NCBI RefSeq assembly: GCF_001447785.1
Contig: NW_015170887.1
Location: 672,733-736,732, forward strand
Direction of reading: 5' to 3'
Source of the DNA: Gekko japonicus
Lineage: Eukaryota
DNA: 64,000 nucleotides
Below are positions 50,386-62,885 of this stretch, piece after piece. Made by a program: the position numbers and the translations under genes. Numbering within the stretch: position 1 is the first letter of the stretch; each line of letters opens with the position of its first letter. The notes below the pieces were generated by a model, which searched no databases, was not told the origin of the DNA, and saw only the letters and a program-made list of their open reading frames with translations.

Positions 50386-52606
50386 ATTGGATTTATACCG
50401 AGGCCCCGATGTTGCCTCTTGGTACTAGTAGTCAGAGGTTTACTGCCTCTGAACATGGAGGTTCCTTATAGTCACCAGGGCTAGTAGCCACTGATAGACC
50501 TATCCTCCATGAATCTGTCTAATTCTACTTTAAAGCTGTCTGTGCATGAGGATCAAGTAGTAGGTGATGTGATACATCTTAACTGGAGACTCTGGAAACC
50601 CAATACCTGTCAAAGTAGACAATACCAACCTGATACATCAATGATCTGACTTTGTATGTGGCAGTTTCTTGTGTAAATATACAAATCTGGGAAGGCAAAG
50701 CACTTCCTCATTGACAAGCTTGGTATCCCATTTAAACTGAGCTGCAACTCATGCAAAGTGGGTGGTCATGCTTCATTTGCAGACCACAGCTCTAAAGCTC
50801 TTGGAGTCCTTGTTAAGGTGTGCAAAAACTTATTCCCCACTTTTCTCACAGAAAGGACCCCAAGTTGCTTGCAACAATGAAAAAATAGAAATGTAAATAA
50901 ACAAAACAAGAAAAAGCTATACTTTCAGCTGATCCTGGATCTAGTGGGCCTGCTACTCAAGGCCACGAGGCATAAACCATATGCCAAAAGCTCTTTGGCT
51001 TGCACCTCTGGCCACCAGTAGAAGCTGAGGGCGGTGGGCTGAAGATGCTGTGGACAGGGAAGGGGGGGCACTGTCTAGCCAGCATTACATCACTTCAGGG
51101 AAAAACCTGGAAATGACATCACATCACTCTAGGAATCACCAAAAACATAGTTTCCAGTTATTTCTAGAGAGGAGTGAGGTCAAGTCAGGGTTTTCCCTGG
51201 AAGCAACATAATAACATTATGTCAATGGCATACCCCCCCCATAGGCTTTCAGAGTGCTGGCAGGCAACAGGAGCTACACACAAGAGATCTCAAGCCTCCA
51301 AAAGGTAAATGGCAAGCACCTACTATGCCATACTCAAGCTTTATACCTGGAAACAGGATCAGAAAACAGAAGCTGGGCTCAGATGTTACAGCTGGTACCA
51401 ATGTTCCTCCCAGTCTGCCTGCCCTGAAAACTAAGCATCCGTAGCAGCATAATTAAAATGAGACCCTGGGCTGATGGAAAGCTGCACAGAGAAGTTGTTT
51501 GCCTCACCAGCATCATATTTAAATTGGCCCTATACACAGCAGAATAAAGCAGTAGTCGTCTTCTGAGGCAACAGGCTGGGTTGTACCATGCCACTGCATA
51601 TGGGGATGTCATGTTAATGTTCCCTCATGTTAAAACTCCCTGCAACAGCAACAAAATAACAGAATTAGCTCCTCAGGGAGAAAAGTTCTATTTTAACATT
51701 CACATTCTGTGCTAGTTTACTACTTACAGAGAATTATGAACGCAGAGACATTTTGAAGCATGGTCTAGTCCAGTCTACCACCTCATTTTCACCTCATTGT
51801 AGTGGATATGGAGGTCAAGTCTCTGAGTCTTTCATAAAGGGGAAATTTAGGGAGAATTAGCATCCTGAGAACCCTTAACTGTCAGAACAAAATCATAGCT
51901 GGAACAGACAGGAAATATACACAACCTTTCCTTGTTTTTGACACAGTTAATAGTCTAATTCACCATTTTCTCCACAGGAATATCCTCTGTCATTAAAGTA
52001 GAAGCACTTATAGACTTACAGGCAAAAGAGTTCTTGAATAAGGCCTGGTCTATGCATGAAGCCAAATGATAAGTCCTGAGGAGATAAGAGTGGACAGTAA
52101 CCCTTCACCCTAATTGGATGGTCTGGGGTGAAAAAACTATCCCAGCTGGAAAAATTTTTTTTGACTGATCTGAGGCTCTTTTGTACCACAAGTATACCCC
52201 AGCCATTGTTCACAGAGAAAAAAAAATCCTGTTAAGAAGTGTCCTTACTTCAGAGACATTGTTTACTAATGTGCAGTTGCCAATGCCCTAAAATGACAAG
52301 TTGTAGAACCACTTCTGTATGCATTTTACTGAAAAAAGTGCAACGTGAGAGGAATTTCATCCTAGAATGTTGGGAAAACAGTGTTAAGCACGAGGAAAAG
52401 CCTCAGTGATGGTGAGTAGATGTCAGGAAGAAAAGTATTTTGCTAGGTTAGTGTGGAGGATTTGTCTAAGTGTAAAATGAATTTTTCAAAAGCAACAGAA
52501 TGAACATAACTCTAAAATGAATTTTTCAAAGGCAAGGGAACTGGTGTAACTTTAAGAAGAGGATCTCAACTTTGATTGGACACAAATCTATCATATAAGG
52601 TAGATC

Positions 52607-53290
52607 CAGGGGTCTTTTCCTAGAAAAAGAGCTGCAGGAGCTCATTAACATACGGTATGCTAATGAGCTACTAGGCTATTAGCATAATTGCTTATTAGCA
52701 TATGCAACACCCCTTGACATCACCGGAAGTGATGTCAGAAGGGGAGGCAAAAGGAGGGGAGGCATACTCAAAAGCCTCCCCTTCCCTTCTGGGGGGGGGG
52801 AGCGAAGAGAGAAGGGGTTTAAAGTTTAAACCCCTTCTCACTAGAGTTGGGCCGCAGGAGGAGGAAAGAGGGAAGGAAAGAGAGAGAGAGTAGAGAGAAG
52901 AAAAGAAGGAAGGAAAGAGGGAAAGAAAGAGAAGGAAAGAAGGAAGGAAAGAAAAAGAGAGAGAAGGAAAGAAGGAGGGAAAGAGGAAAGAGAAAGAAAA
53001 GGAGGGAAAGAAAAGGAAAGGTGAAGGAAAGGAGGGAAAGAAAGAGGGCAAAGCGATGGTGGGGGAGGCTCTCCCACCCCCCACGGATCCCTCACTTACC
53101 CCAGGAGGTGGCGGCGGGGGGCCCCTCTTCTGACCTCCCATGGGCCACAGCGCTCTGGCGCTGGCCCTGGGAGGCGGCGGGGGGGCCTCTTCTGGCTTCC
53201 CACGGGCTGCAACGCTCCAGCGCTGGCCCTGAAGCCTGGGAGGCAGCGGGTGGGGCCTCTTCTGGCCTCCCAGGGCCACAGCGCTCTGAG
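52607..53290 (+). mobile_element. hAT-like element fragment with a purine tract and GC-rich minisatellite
   Basis: CAGGGG start shared with 46932; GA-rich tract about 52857-53050; about 3 units of 60-70 bp at 53104-53288. Confidence 0.65.
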
Positions 53291-53403
53291 CACATCCTTA
53301 CTTGCCTCTAGGCATTGTAGAGATTCTTTCCACTGTATTTCTGCTCCTAATAGGCCTCCTCCTTAATATGTATTTTGTGCCACGAGTGAGCTGGGCATTG
53401 ACA

Positions 53404-53600
53404 GAGGGTTACCGACCTCCAGGTAGGACATGGAGTTCACCAGGTATTATAACTTAATTCCCCTGGAGGAAATAGCAGCTTTGGAGGGTGGACTTTATGG
53501 CTTCACATCCCCACTGAGCTCCCCCCTCCCCAAACTTTGTCCTCCCTAGGCATTGCCCCCTACTGATCTTCAGGAATTTCCCAGCCAGAGTTGGGAACCT
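53404..53600. mobile_element. hAT (Blackjack-like) MITE, degraded
   Basis: AGGGTTACCGACCTCCAGGT...CCAGAGTTGGGAACC; same body as 43397-43606. Confidence 0.75.
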
Positions 53601-53707
53601 TTCCTTAGTGCCAGATTCCAACATTTCCCTCCAATGTGCAATGTTGTCGAAGGCAGAGCATCTCAGCAGCTGATTTGACCTTGTGCTTTGTTTTTGTTTG
53701 ATTCTCT

Positions 53708-53879
53708 NNNNNNNNNNNNNNNNNNNNNNNNNNNNNNNNNNNNNNNNNNNNNNNNNNNNNNNNNNNNNNNNNNNNNNNNNNNNNNNNNNNNNNNNNNNNN
53801 NNNNNNNNNNNNNNNNNNNNNNNNNNNNNNNNNNNNNNNNNNNNNNNNNNNNNNNNNNNNNNNNNNNNNNNNNNNNNNN
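53708..53879. other. assembly gap (172 N)
   Basis: Run of N. Confidence 1.
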
Positions 53880-54512
53880 CGCAGAAGCACTGGGGGGGGG
53901 GGAGTGCAGAGGGAAAGCTGTGCTGCAATTGGTTTCACTTGCATCCTGCATTCTCTCTACTCTTCTTCCTTCCTATTCTCAGGGTTTTTTTCTTTCTAAC
54001 CTGTAAATAAGCATCCAGGGTTGTTACTCGTTAACTCTTGTAGTGCCTGATTTCCAGGAGGCAGAAGCTTGTTTCTGGGCTGTTCTACTTTTTAGTTAGT
54101 CAGTTCTCTGAAGTCAGGTCTGGAGGTTTTCCGAATGATCAGATATTTTGCTTGCCCCTCAGTGGGTGTTTGACTGGCTCTTCTAGGGGAACCGATACCA
54201 TCTAATTTGGAGATAAATGAGTGGATTTGAGCAGGTGCTGTCTGGCCACAATTCTGTACCAGTAAATGAGTCTGACCCAGCAAACTCCTTGGATTGGGAT
54301 CCATATGTAAACCAATCTGAACTACTCTCTGGGAAAGTATGGCATGATTACCATTAACTATATCTGCTACTTCAAACTACATGCAGTGATAAGGTAAACA
54401 CTTAAATCAGTTTAATCAATATAATTTTTCCTCTTGAGAGGGGAATCCCTGTTCACACTATCATCTGGGTGTTTTTTTCCTGTATGCAGTCCTATTTTAG
54501 ACACGGGATTAT

Positions 54513-54731
54513 TAGGTTTGCCAGGTCTGGGTTGGAAAATACCTGGAGATTTTGGGGGTGGATCCGAGAGAGGGTGGGGTTTGGGGAGGGGAGGGGCCTC
54601 AGCATGGTACAATGCCGTGGAGTCCACCCTTCAAAGCAGCCATTCTCTCCAGGGGAGCTGATCTCTGTCAGCTGGAGACCAGTTGTAAAAGCAGGAGATC
54701 TCCAGGTCCCACCTGGAGGCTGGCAACCTTA
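54513..54731. mobile_element. hAT (Blackjack-like) MITE
   Basis: TIRs TAGGTTTGCCA / TGGCAACCTTA; 8-bp TSD GGGATTAT / GGGACTAT. Confidence 0.9.
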
Positions 54732-56351
54732 GGGACTATGTATAGTAACATTAACATGAATCAACTGTTTATACAATGTGTTGCAGCCATTACCAGCTAC
54801 AATTGTGGCAACACTTTCTCAGTCCACAACAACCACAACAATTCTGTGTAAAGTTGCTGATTTACATCAAAGTTTCTGTAGGTGCTTGAGAGCATGATTG
54901 CTTAGAGAAAGTAACAGCTGGCCTGTAGTCCTAATAGACTAGATGAATCACTAGTCCGATCCAGCAGGGCTCTTCTTATGTTCTTATGTTTAGTTTGTCT
55001 TGATTACTAGAAGGACCAGGCTAGGCAGATACTAGCAGTTACCTCCCACAGGAAGGGTAGCGTGCTTTTAAAAATACTTCAAATGTAAAGTAAAATAACA
55101 GTAAAATATGAACCATCACATGCCGAGTAGTACCATAAGGCTCTGTGGGACCTTATGAAATTCTGCAGGGCCTGTAAGGCTGAGATGTTTTGCCAGGCTT
55201 TTGGTTGAGGACAGCGATGGTTTTCATCTTGGCTGGCACCCTCTTCTGCTCTCTACGTTTGTCTTACCCCTTCTCCCTGTCCGCGAAGTGGCCAGCAGTC
55301 TGAAATGGGATTAATTTGTTCACCATCTGTTTTAAAATGTGCTGTTATTTTAATTGTTTTATCTAGTGTATATTTTTATTCATATTGTATATCACCTGGA
55401 GCCCTGGAGTAGCAGGGATTGGGCAATTTAATACTAATAATATTAATAATAGTTGCAAACTGCCACCTTAACTCTGCTCAAGGGCTCAGATTATATGTTG
55501 GACCATGAGTAGAATGCTTACCCATTTGAATATTCTATGTACATCCATTTAGCTTTAAAGGTACTTTTTGTGTAAACTGATCATATAGCGTATGTGCATA
55601 CGTTTTGCACATATAAGCCCCTAGTGGGTTGGGACAATTGTTTTTTCTTTGCCCCTTTGAGAAGGAAAAGAAACACTTTCCTGTTGAAAAATTTGGACCA
55701 TATCCAGTTATCTTTGTCTTCAGGAATATGATGATTTTATTCAATGTGCTTTATGACTGTTAGTATTCTCTTCTGTTGTTACATTTATTGTGATAATATT
55801 AATAACATAATGGAATTATAGTGTTCCCCCCCAATACATTTGAGTTCCCTTTATTCTTAATTGTTACAATAAAGCCCTATTTAAAACTTTGAGAATAAAT
55901 AAAATGCATTTTGTGAGAGCACTATTTAGTATTCATGTGCCTCCTTTTCTATTTGGGAAAAAATCCAAACCTGGGAGAAAAGCTATAGCTTTGAGTACGG
56001 TTCTTAATAATTAATATTTCTCAGATATAAAGATCCTGGGCACAATTTATGAAGAAATTCTTCTGTACATGCCGTACTGAAATGAATAACAGCTCAAGCA
56101 CACAAGCTCATAATCAGGGGGACTTCCTGAACATTCCCCTGACATATTCTGTGTCAGAATAATTTCATTAGACATCTTTTTGCGGAAGAAACAGCTGATT
56201 TCTGTGAAGGAAGATGTCACAACTTCCTTAATTCAAATGTGTGAAATTCAGAAATTGTTGATGTTGTTTAGATAGGTTTAAATGGACACTTAAGTCATAC
56301 GTTTTCTTAATACATACATGAACACATGCATATTCAGTTTCTGTATACAAA

Positions 56352-56570
56352 CAATGAACACACATGAAGCTGCCTTATACTGAATCAGACCGTCAGTCTA
56401 CCAAGTTCAGTGCTGTTTTCTACTCAGACTGGCAGTGGCTCTCCAGGCTCTTGGGCAGAGGTCTTTTGCATCACCTACTGCCTGATCCTTTTAACTGGAG
56501 AATGCAGAGGACAGAACTGCGACCTTCTGCATGCAAAACAGAGGATCTTCCACTGATCTTCAGCCCCTCA
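56352..56570 (-). mobile_element. tRNA-derived SINE with CR1-like tail (Squam2-like)
   Basis: CATGAAGCTGCCTTATACTGAATCAGACC tail; GACCTTCTGCATGCAAAAC...CCACTGA head. Confidence 0.75.
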
Positions 56571-56958
56571 CCAGTTATACTGGAATCTCAAAAAATTATG
56601 AAATAGAAAAAAATCATATTAGGCACACTAGACGCGTATCATCTTTTATTACAATACTTCTTAACAGGTGACTTGTACATGTTGTTAACATGGACAAGCT
56701 ACCTTGGCACTATTCTGTATCCTCTGTGCGGGAGAAGAGGCTGGTTTTAAAACGGCTATACCCCCACCACACCTCAGACCGAGAGAGTTATTTTTAACCC
56801 ATCTTGACCCCTGCTTGAACAAGAATAAAATAGGGATTGGGTGGAATGGGACACAAATCAATAGGTTATCCCAACAGATGTGATCTTTGGGGCCTGCTTT
56901 CTCTTGGACACTTGCTACAGTAACAAAGATAAATGGTGATTTGTTAACACCGTGATCC

Positions 56959-57015
56959 GGGGGGACTGGGTGGCTCAGTGGATCAGGGAGACACCTTTGA
57001 CCCCTGGGTCATGGA
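56959..57015 (+). mobile_element. tRNA-like SINE head resembling LF-SINE
   Basis: GGGGACTGGGTGGCTCAGTGGAT...CCTTTGACCCCTGGGTCA resembles my recollection of the LF-SINE 5' end; short match. Confidence 0.35.
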
Positions 57016-57923
57016 GCTCTTGAAAGAGAGAGAAATGAAATTGCAATCAGAAAGCAGAAGCAGACAGTTTTGGGTACTGCTTCAGCGCGGACTGCTGTTG
57101 CACAACGCAAGCTGCTGCCTCTGTGTGTGGACTGCCTGGTGCCTGACACTTGTGGAAAGAAGAGCCCTCTTGTCCATTTGCAGCCATTCCCTGCAGGTGG
57201 TACTGTAGGAAAAGGAACAGGGACTGCCGTTGTGGGGATGGGGAGGAGCTGCAAATCCTTCAACAGCTCCTGAGTTGTTGTCATATGTTTTCATAGCATA
57301 CATCCAACTAGGCTCTGGCTTTTTGCATTACAAAGTCTTTATAAATTAAAGTTTCTCTCTTCTAGTTTTTCTGCTCCCCCCTCCCCCCCAAATCCCCACT
57401 TCATAATCTGGTTGTGTCTAGTCTGCAGCAAGGCAATCCATATACTGCACCAAGAAAACCTACATCCTGCAACTTGCAGAAATCATGCAAGTATCTTTGT
57501 GTATCTGTGCCTAACTCACTGATAGAAGTAATCAATCTGCAGGCTAACATGGAAGCATGGAGCTTCCAACATTGGCTGGGAGACAATACTGGGGTGACTG
57601 CTGTCATATGATGGAATCCAGTTTATACTGAGTTTGGGGAAATAAACACAGACATATAGTAATACTGGGTTCAGGTATAATTCCATTTGAGAGTTATCCT
57701 CTATCTCTCCCCCCCATCTCAATTGCATCAGTGGCTCTGGCTTAATTGAGCATCTTCCTTGTTTGTTTGTGTGTGTGGGGGGGAGTGACCCACCCCTTTT
57801 GTTGTATGATCTTCATTCAGTTTTTAAAAAGGCTTTTATTGCCTCCCTTTCATTTATTTTGCATTATATGATTTTTGAAGTCCCATAATTTAATGTCAGC
57901 TAAATGGTGGTTTAATGTCAGCT

Positions 57924-58270
57924 GTGGTGGCTCAAGTGGTTAAGACGTTGAACTGCAGGCTGTGGAAGGTCGGTAGTTCAGCGGTTCGAGACCCGAGTGT
58001 GCCACATGACGGAGTGAGCTCCCGTCTCTAGTTCCAGCTCCTGCCAACCTAGCAGTTTGAAAGAAAAAATTGCAAGTAGATAAATAGGTACCACTTCAGT
58101 GCGAAGGTAACAGTGCTCCGTGCGCCTTGGTGTTTAGTCATGCTGGCCACATGACCACGGAAACGTCTTCGGACAGCGCTGGCTCTTTGGCTTTGAAACG
58201 GAGATGAGCACCGCAACCCTAGTGTCGGATTCGACTGGCTTTTGAGCAAGGGAACCTTTACCTTTACTTT
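57924..58270 (+). mobile_element. Sauria SINE, near full length
   Basis: A box TGGCTCAAGTGG, B box GGTTCGAGACC, body GTAGATAAATAGGTACCAC, (ACCTTT)n tail; TSD TAAATGGTGGT at 57901-57911 and 58270-58280. Confidence 0.93.
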
Positions 58271-59064
58271 AAATGGTGGTACATAAAAAATCACCCTAAT
58301 ATTGCTTTTACAGACCCGAACAGGAACCTTGATACTTCCATATTGATTCCTGTAGCCTAATCTGGTTGATTCCACCCTGTGCTCTTACAGCTCTAGTTAA
58401 CTTGATCTCAGTCCTAGAAATCTGTCCTTTAGTTTCATCTCCCTTCCCTTCTTTAACAAGGATGAAGAACTTTACTCCATCCTCTGGAATTTTGTGTTTC
58501 TAAGCGGCTTCATTTATTCTTCCCACAAACTTAAGATAAACTTGGACTTAAACATTGGAATCTTTCTCCTCTCTTTTTGTGTGTGCTGTCCCTACTGTCC
58601 CTTGGACAGAGAATCTTGAAGCATCTGCCCCATTCCTTTGGAGCTGTATCTGTCAACAGTGTGATTAATGACCAACAGGGTGCTTAAGCGGAACAATTGT
58701 AACCAAAGCTGCTGAGTTCCTCTGGATGTTGAGAGCTCTCTGCAGGCACTTCCTTCTCCTAAGAAGCCTGGAGAGATAATTCTATCGTCAACCCTGATAA
58801 GGATGAGACAGAGAAAGAGGGGGAAGGGGGAGGCCAATGGGAGAGACTCTTTTGTTACGCAGCTGGCCTGAGGGCAAGCAAGATAGGTTTCATGTGGGTG
58901 TCGGATGTTGCTTTGTTTTGTCAGTTCACTTGTCAGCACCCCAAGTGCCATGGCCTCAGGCAAGTCCTGCTGCCCTGTAGTGCCTGAAAGTTACATTCTT
59001 ATGTCTTTTTTTCTGTTTTCATCTGCAAATGCGGAAAGGGAAGTTTTGTATTGCCTATGCCCCT

Positions 59065-59788
59065 TGCTCAGGGTAAAAGAGGAGAGCGCAAAAGTGGTCT
59101 TGAAGCTCAACATCAAAAAAACTAAGATCATGGGATCCGGCCCCATCACTCCTTGGCAAATAGAAGGGGAAGCTGTGGAAGTAGTGACAGACTTCACGTT
59201 CCTGGGATCCCAGATCACCGCAGACCGTGGCTGCAGCCATGAAATTAAAAGACGCCTGCTAGTTGGGAGGAAAGCAATGGTGAACCTAAACAGCATGATA
59301 AAAAGCAGAGACATCACCCTGCCAACAAAAGTCCGCATGGTCAAAGCAATGGTATTCCCAGTAGTCATGTATGGCTGCGAGAGTTGAACTATAAAGAAGG
59401 CCGAGTGCCGTAGAATAGATTCTTTTGAACTATGGTGCTGGAGAAGACTCTTGAGAGTCCCTTGGACTGCAGGAAGATCAAATCAGTCAATCCTAAAAGA
59501 AATCAACCCTGACTGTTCGCTGGAAGGCCAGATAATGAAAATGAAGCTCAAATACTTTGGCCACCAAATGAGAAGAGAGCACTCACTGGAGAAGACCCTG
59601 ATGCTGGGAAAGATTGAAAGTCAAAGAAGACGGGGACGGCAAAGGATGAGATGGTTAGACAGTGTCATCGATGCAACGGACATGAAATTGAGCAAACTTC
59701 AGAGGACAGCGGAAGACAGGAGGGCCTGGCGGGATCTAGTCCATGGGGTCGCGAAGAGTCGGACTCGACTGTGCGACTGAACAACAAC
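59065..59788 (+). mobile_element. BovB (RTE) LINE, 5'-truncated
   Basis: LKLNIKKTKIM, SRDITLPTKVRMVKAMVFPVVMYGCES, RRRGRQRMRWLD; CAACAAC tail; 8-bp TSD ATGCCCCT at 59057-59064 and 59789-59796. Confidence 0.96.
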
Positions 59789-59894
59789 ATGCCCCTGAAT
59801 CATAGCTGGGGAGCTTTTCAGAGCAGAAGCACTAACTAGGTGGAACAAAGGTGTTGTATATGCATTGAAAAGTGGTGTTCAAGAATGTCTTACC

Positions 59895-60076
59895 TCTGTA
59901 GAACAGAACAAAGTATGAGTCCAGTGGCACCTTGACCAACCAAGTTTTTAAAATGCCACTGGACTCAAACTTTGTTCTGCTGCTGCAGACCAACACGGCT
60001 ACCCACTTAACTCTGTAAAACACTTAGATTTGAGTCCAGTAGCACTTTAGAGACCAACAAGATTTTCAGGGTATAT
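59895..60076. mobile_element. Penelope-like terminal-repeat fragments, partly inverted
   Basis: Arms 59904-59929 / 59954-59979; shares GAGTCCAGTAGCA...AACAAGATTT with 24515-24719. Confidence 0.75.
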
Positions 60077-60555
60077 CTCTGTAACATATTATCTCTGTAG
60101 TATTCACATAGACATCATATACGAGAACATTATTTAATTCCAGGAGCAGATTTAGCTTCCTTGTAAATTAGTTTCCATGTGAGAAGAGAATATTGGAGGC
60201 CAGTGTTTATAAAAATTTTAAATAGACTATAAAAATATATGTTGAACAGAGAAAAACCAAGTGTGCATATATTGGACTGGTACCAAAGCAGTTTCACTCC
60301 AGCACTGCAATATTCTATAATACTAGTCAGGATCTTCTGGGAGGTTGTTGGAGACGTGTGTGCTGGGTTTATGAACACCTATCAAGTTGCCATGCCCCAC
60401 CCAGCTTTTTGGGAGTACCCTCTAATAGTGCACATGGGTAAAGAGCATGGGAGCCACCTGTTTGTCTTGCGTGCATGATTACAGGAGCAACAGAATGGTG
60501 AGATCATTTCACTGAAGGATTCTTTTAAATGTGGGCAGGTTCAGAGACTCTAGCT

Positions 60556-60886
60556 CAGAGGTCCCCCACCTTTTTGAGCCTGAGGGCACTTTTGGAATTC
60601 TGACACAGGGTGCTGGGCACAGCAACAAAATGGCTGCTGCAGGAGGTAGAGCCAGCCACAAAAAATGGCTGCCGTAGCTTGTCTTCAATCACACAGTGAA
60701 GATCCTTGCATTGCGGTGGCAGCTTTTGCCGAAGCAACATTTTAAAAATCTTTATAGTCACTCAAATCTTCAGTGGCCAGTCAGAAGCCTTGCTGGGCAA
60801 GTGCCCCACTGGGCCCTGCCTACTTTCTAAAAACACTTGGCAGGCACCAGGAAAGGTGTTGGTGGATGCCATGTTGGAGACCTCTA
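60556..60886. mobile_element. hAT-Charlie-type MITE
   Basis: TIRs CAGAGGTCCCCCAC / GTTGGAGACCTCTA; perfect 8-bp TSD CTCTAGCT at 60548-60555 and 60887-60894. Confidence 0.9.
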
Positions 60887-62194
60887 CTCTAGCTTCTCAT
60901 CTTCTTGGCATATGCCTGTGATGTCAAGTGACTTCCTGAATGTGCTTGCAGGTCAATGGGTCCCATGGTGCTGCAAGAGCTTAGAGATGGGTCTTGGGTC
61001 TGGAAAAGTTTGGAGACCACTGTTCTGGAAGTTCCTCCTTAGAAATATTTTCCAGCCCCAAACTGACAAGTTCTACCCCCCAAAAAAGTTCCTTCAAGCC
61101 TGCAGCCAAACAATTGGGCCTGGAGTAGTTTCTAATGGTTTGTTGCAATTTTTATCCATCAAAGGCCATTCATTTAAATGATTTTGCAAAATATTTGGAG
61201 TGTGGGTATTTTCTATAACCAAAGAATATGATTGTAATACATCTCCCAGTTTTCTTTACAAGTAAGGTCGTCTCAGGGAAATCAAGTAGCAGTATTCCAC
61301 AACAGCCCTTCTTTTCTAAGAAAAGAGCAGTTCTTCTTGTTATGTGGCCAGAAACACATCTAAACAATAAGCAAAAGGTTAAAGCAGAACAGGTATGTGT
61401 TTATATTTCTGAAAAAAGAGATCTGTGAATTGTGAAAACTTGCATTCACACTGGTTCAAACAGATCTAATCAATTTACATACTTGGTAATTCATGACATT
61501 TATGCAGCCCCTCAGGCTGTTCAAGTGCTTCAGATATAGCTTATTAAAATGATATGAGCATGTCCATAGTCCTTTTGGTATGCTGGCTCATGAATCATCA
61601 GATTAATATTCTCAAACTTTATATAAATATGTCTAGTGTGAAACCTGTATCTTCCCAACAACACATCACCATTTTTAGGATGCCTTGTGTGTGTGCGTGT
61701 AAAACAGAGCAATATGCAGCTTTTCCTTCCTTGAAAGGGATGTATAATCTTGCAAAGTAGTTGGATAGCATTTTTGCATTTATTTATTTATACTTCATTT
61801 CTGAAAAGGAGGGTTTGGAATGGTGCTAAGAAAAAACCCCTCTGATTTTGAAGAAGGGAGTGTATCATCCACTACTCGTTCGATAACAAGCAAATCAACT
61901 TGTATCAATTACTTTTTAAAAGTGTTAATCAGCTGGAAATCACCTTGTATAAATTCATTTCTGTGATGTTTTTAATATCATTGCCTAATTTCCCTGTTAA
62001 AAAAATTAAGTTTAAGGTTAATCTCAGACATGAGGACAGAGAACTTGTCCAAGGAAGAAGTGGCCATAAAGAATCTTAGGGAAGAGAAGAGGAAGGCCTT
62101 TTGGTTTACTTCTCCTGGTCTCTGCTCTTCTATAAGATTGTAATGAGAACTTGCTGAGAGGGAGGGAGGGTGGTCCAGTGGAGTGGGAAATATC

Positions 62195-62470
62195 CGTGTT
62201 AGGTCTGGTGTGATTAATCCTCTTCATTAGTGCTTCAGAAGAGGAGGTAAACAGTTCATTAATTAAATCTGCAGATGATACTTAATTGGGAGTGTTCCAA
62301 ACACAAGTGAAGAAACAGCAGTAATGCAGAGGGTCTTGAAGAGATTAAAAAATGAGAGAGAAATGAAATTGCACTCATCCTGGTCAACAACCACCCATGT
62401 TGAGAAAAATCATTGTGGAAGCCCACATGTTTAATGCAGAGAAGAACTGAGGAAAAGAATTACAGACTGA
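62195..62470 (+). mobile_element. ancient CR1 RT fragment
   Basis: EEEVNSSLIKSADDT*LG is a decayed IKFADDTKLG motif. Confidence 0.65.
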
Positions 62471-62801
62471 TTGAGACCCTGAGATGCAAATAATAGAAAA
62501 CGAGTTTTCTGGCTATGGAAAAAGTGCTTTGAGATAAAATAGAAAAAAGGGAGGCAAGGAGAGCAATGTAAGCTGCTTTGGGTTTGCATTGGGAAGAAAT
62601 AAAGGAAATAAAAATAAAGCCGATCATTGGAAAGAATGGGTATGAGTAAGCTGTTTGAGCTGTGTTCACAAGACCTATTAAGTAATGAGAGAGATGCTCT
62701 GTGTCCAAATGGCCAAGTTATTTTTCGGAAGAAATCACATGAAGCATGCACACACAAACCATTTGGTAGTTGGTACCATACCATTTCCATGTTTACAGTT
62801 T

Positions 62802-62885
62802 GAGAGCCAGTTTGGTGTGGTGGTTAGGAGTGCGGACTCTAATCTGGAAGAACCGGATTTGATTACCCACTCCTCCACATGCAGC
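62802..62885 (+). mobile_element. Squam3-like SINE tRNA head
   Basis: GAGAGCCAGTTTGGTGTGGTGGTTAGGAGTGCGGACTC...GGATTTGATTACCC with A and B boxes. Confidence 0.75.

Noticed and set aside
53104-53288. Repeat array superficially like CRISPR
   Set aside because: Tandem degenerate units without unique spacers, no cas genes, vertebrate DNA
52695-53311. Long ORFs on both strands (194 aa and 154 aa)
   Set aside because: Produced by a stop-free purine tract and a GC minisatellite; low-complexity, not genes
53454-54006. ORFs containing long X runs
   Set aside because: Artefacts of the N gap
57924-57995. tRNA gene (also 62802-62885)
   Set aside because: A/B boxes belong to SINE heads; no complete cloverleaf
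61321-61392. Exon ending in CAG|GTATGT
   Set aside because: Weak AAG acceptor and no supporting homology
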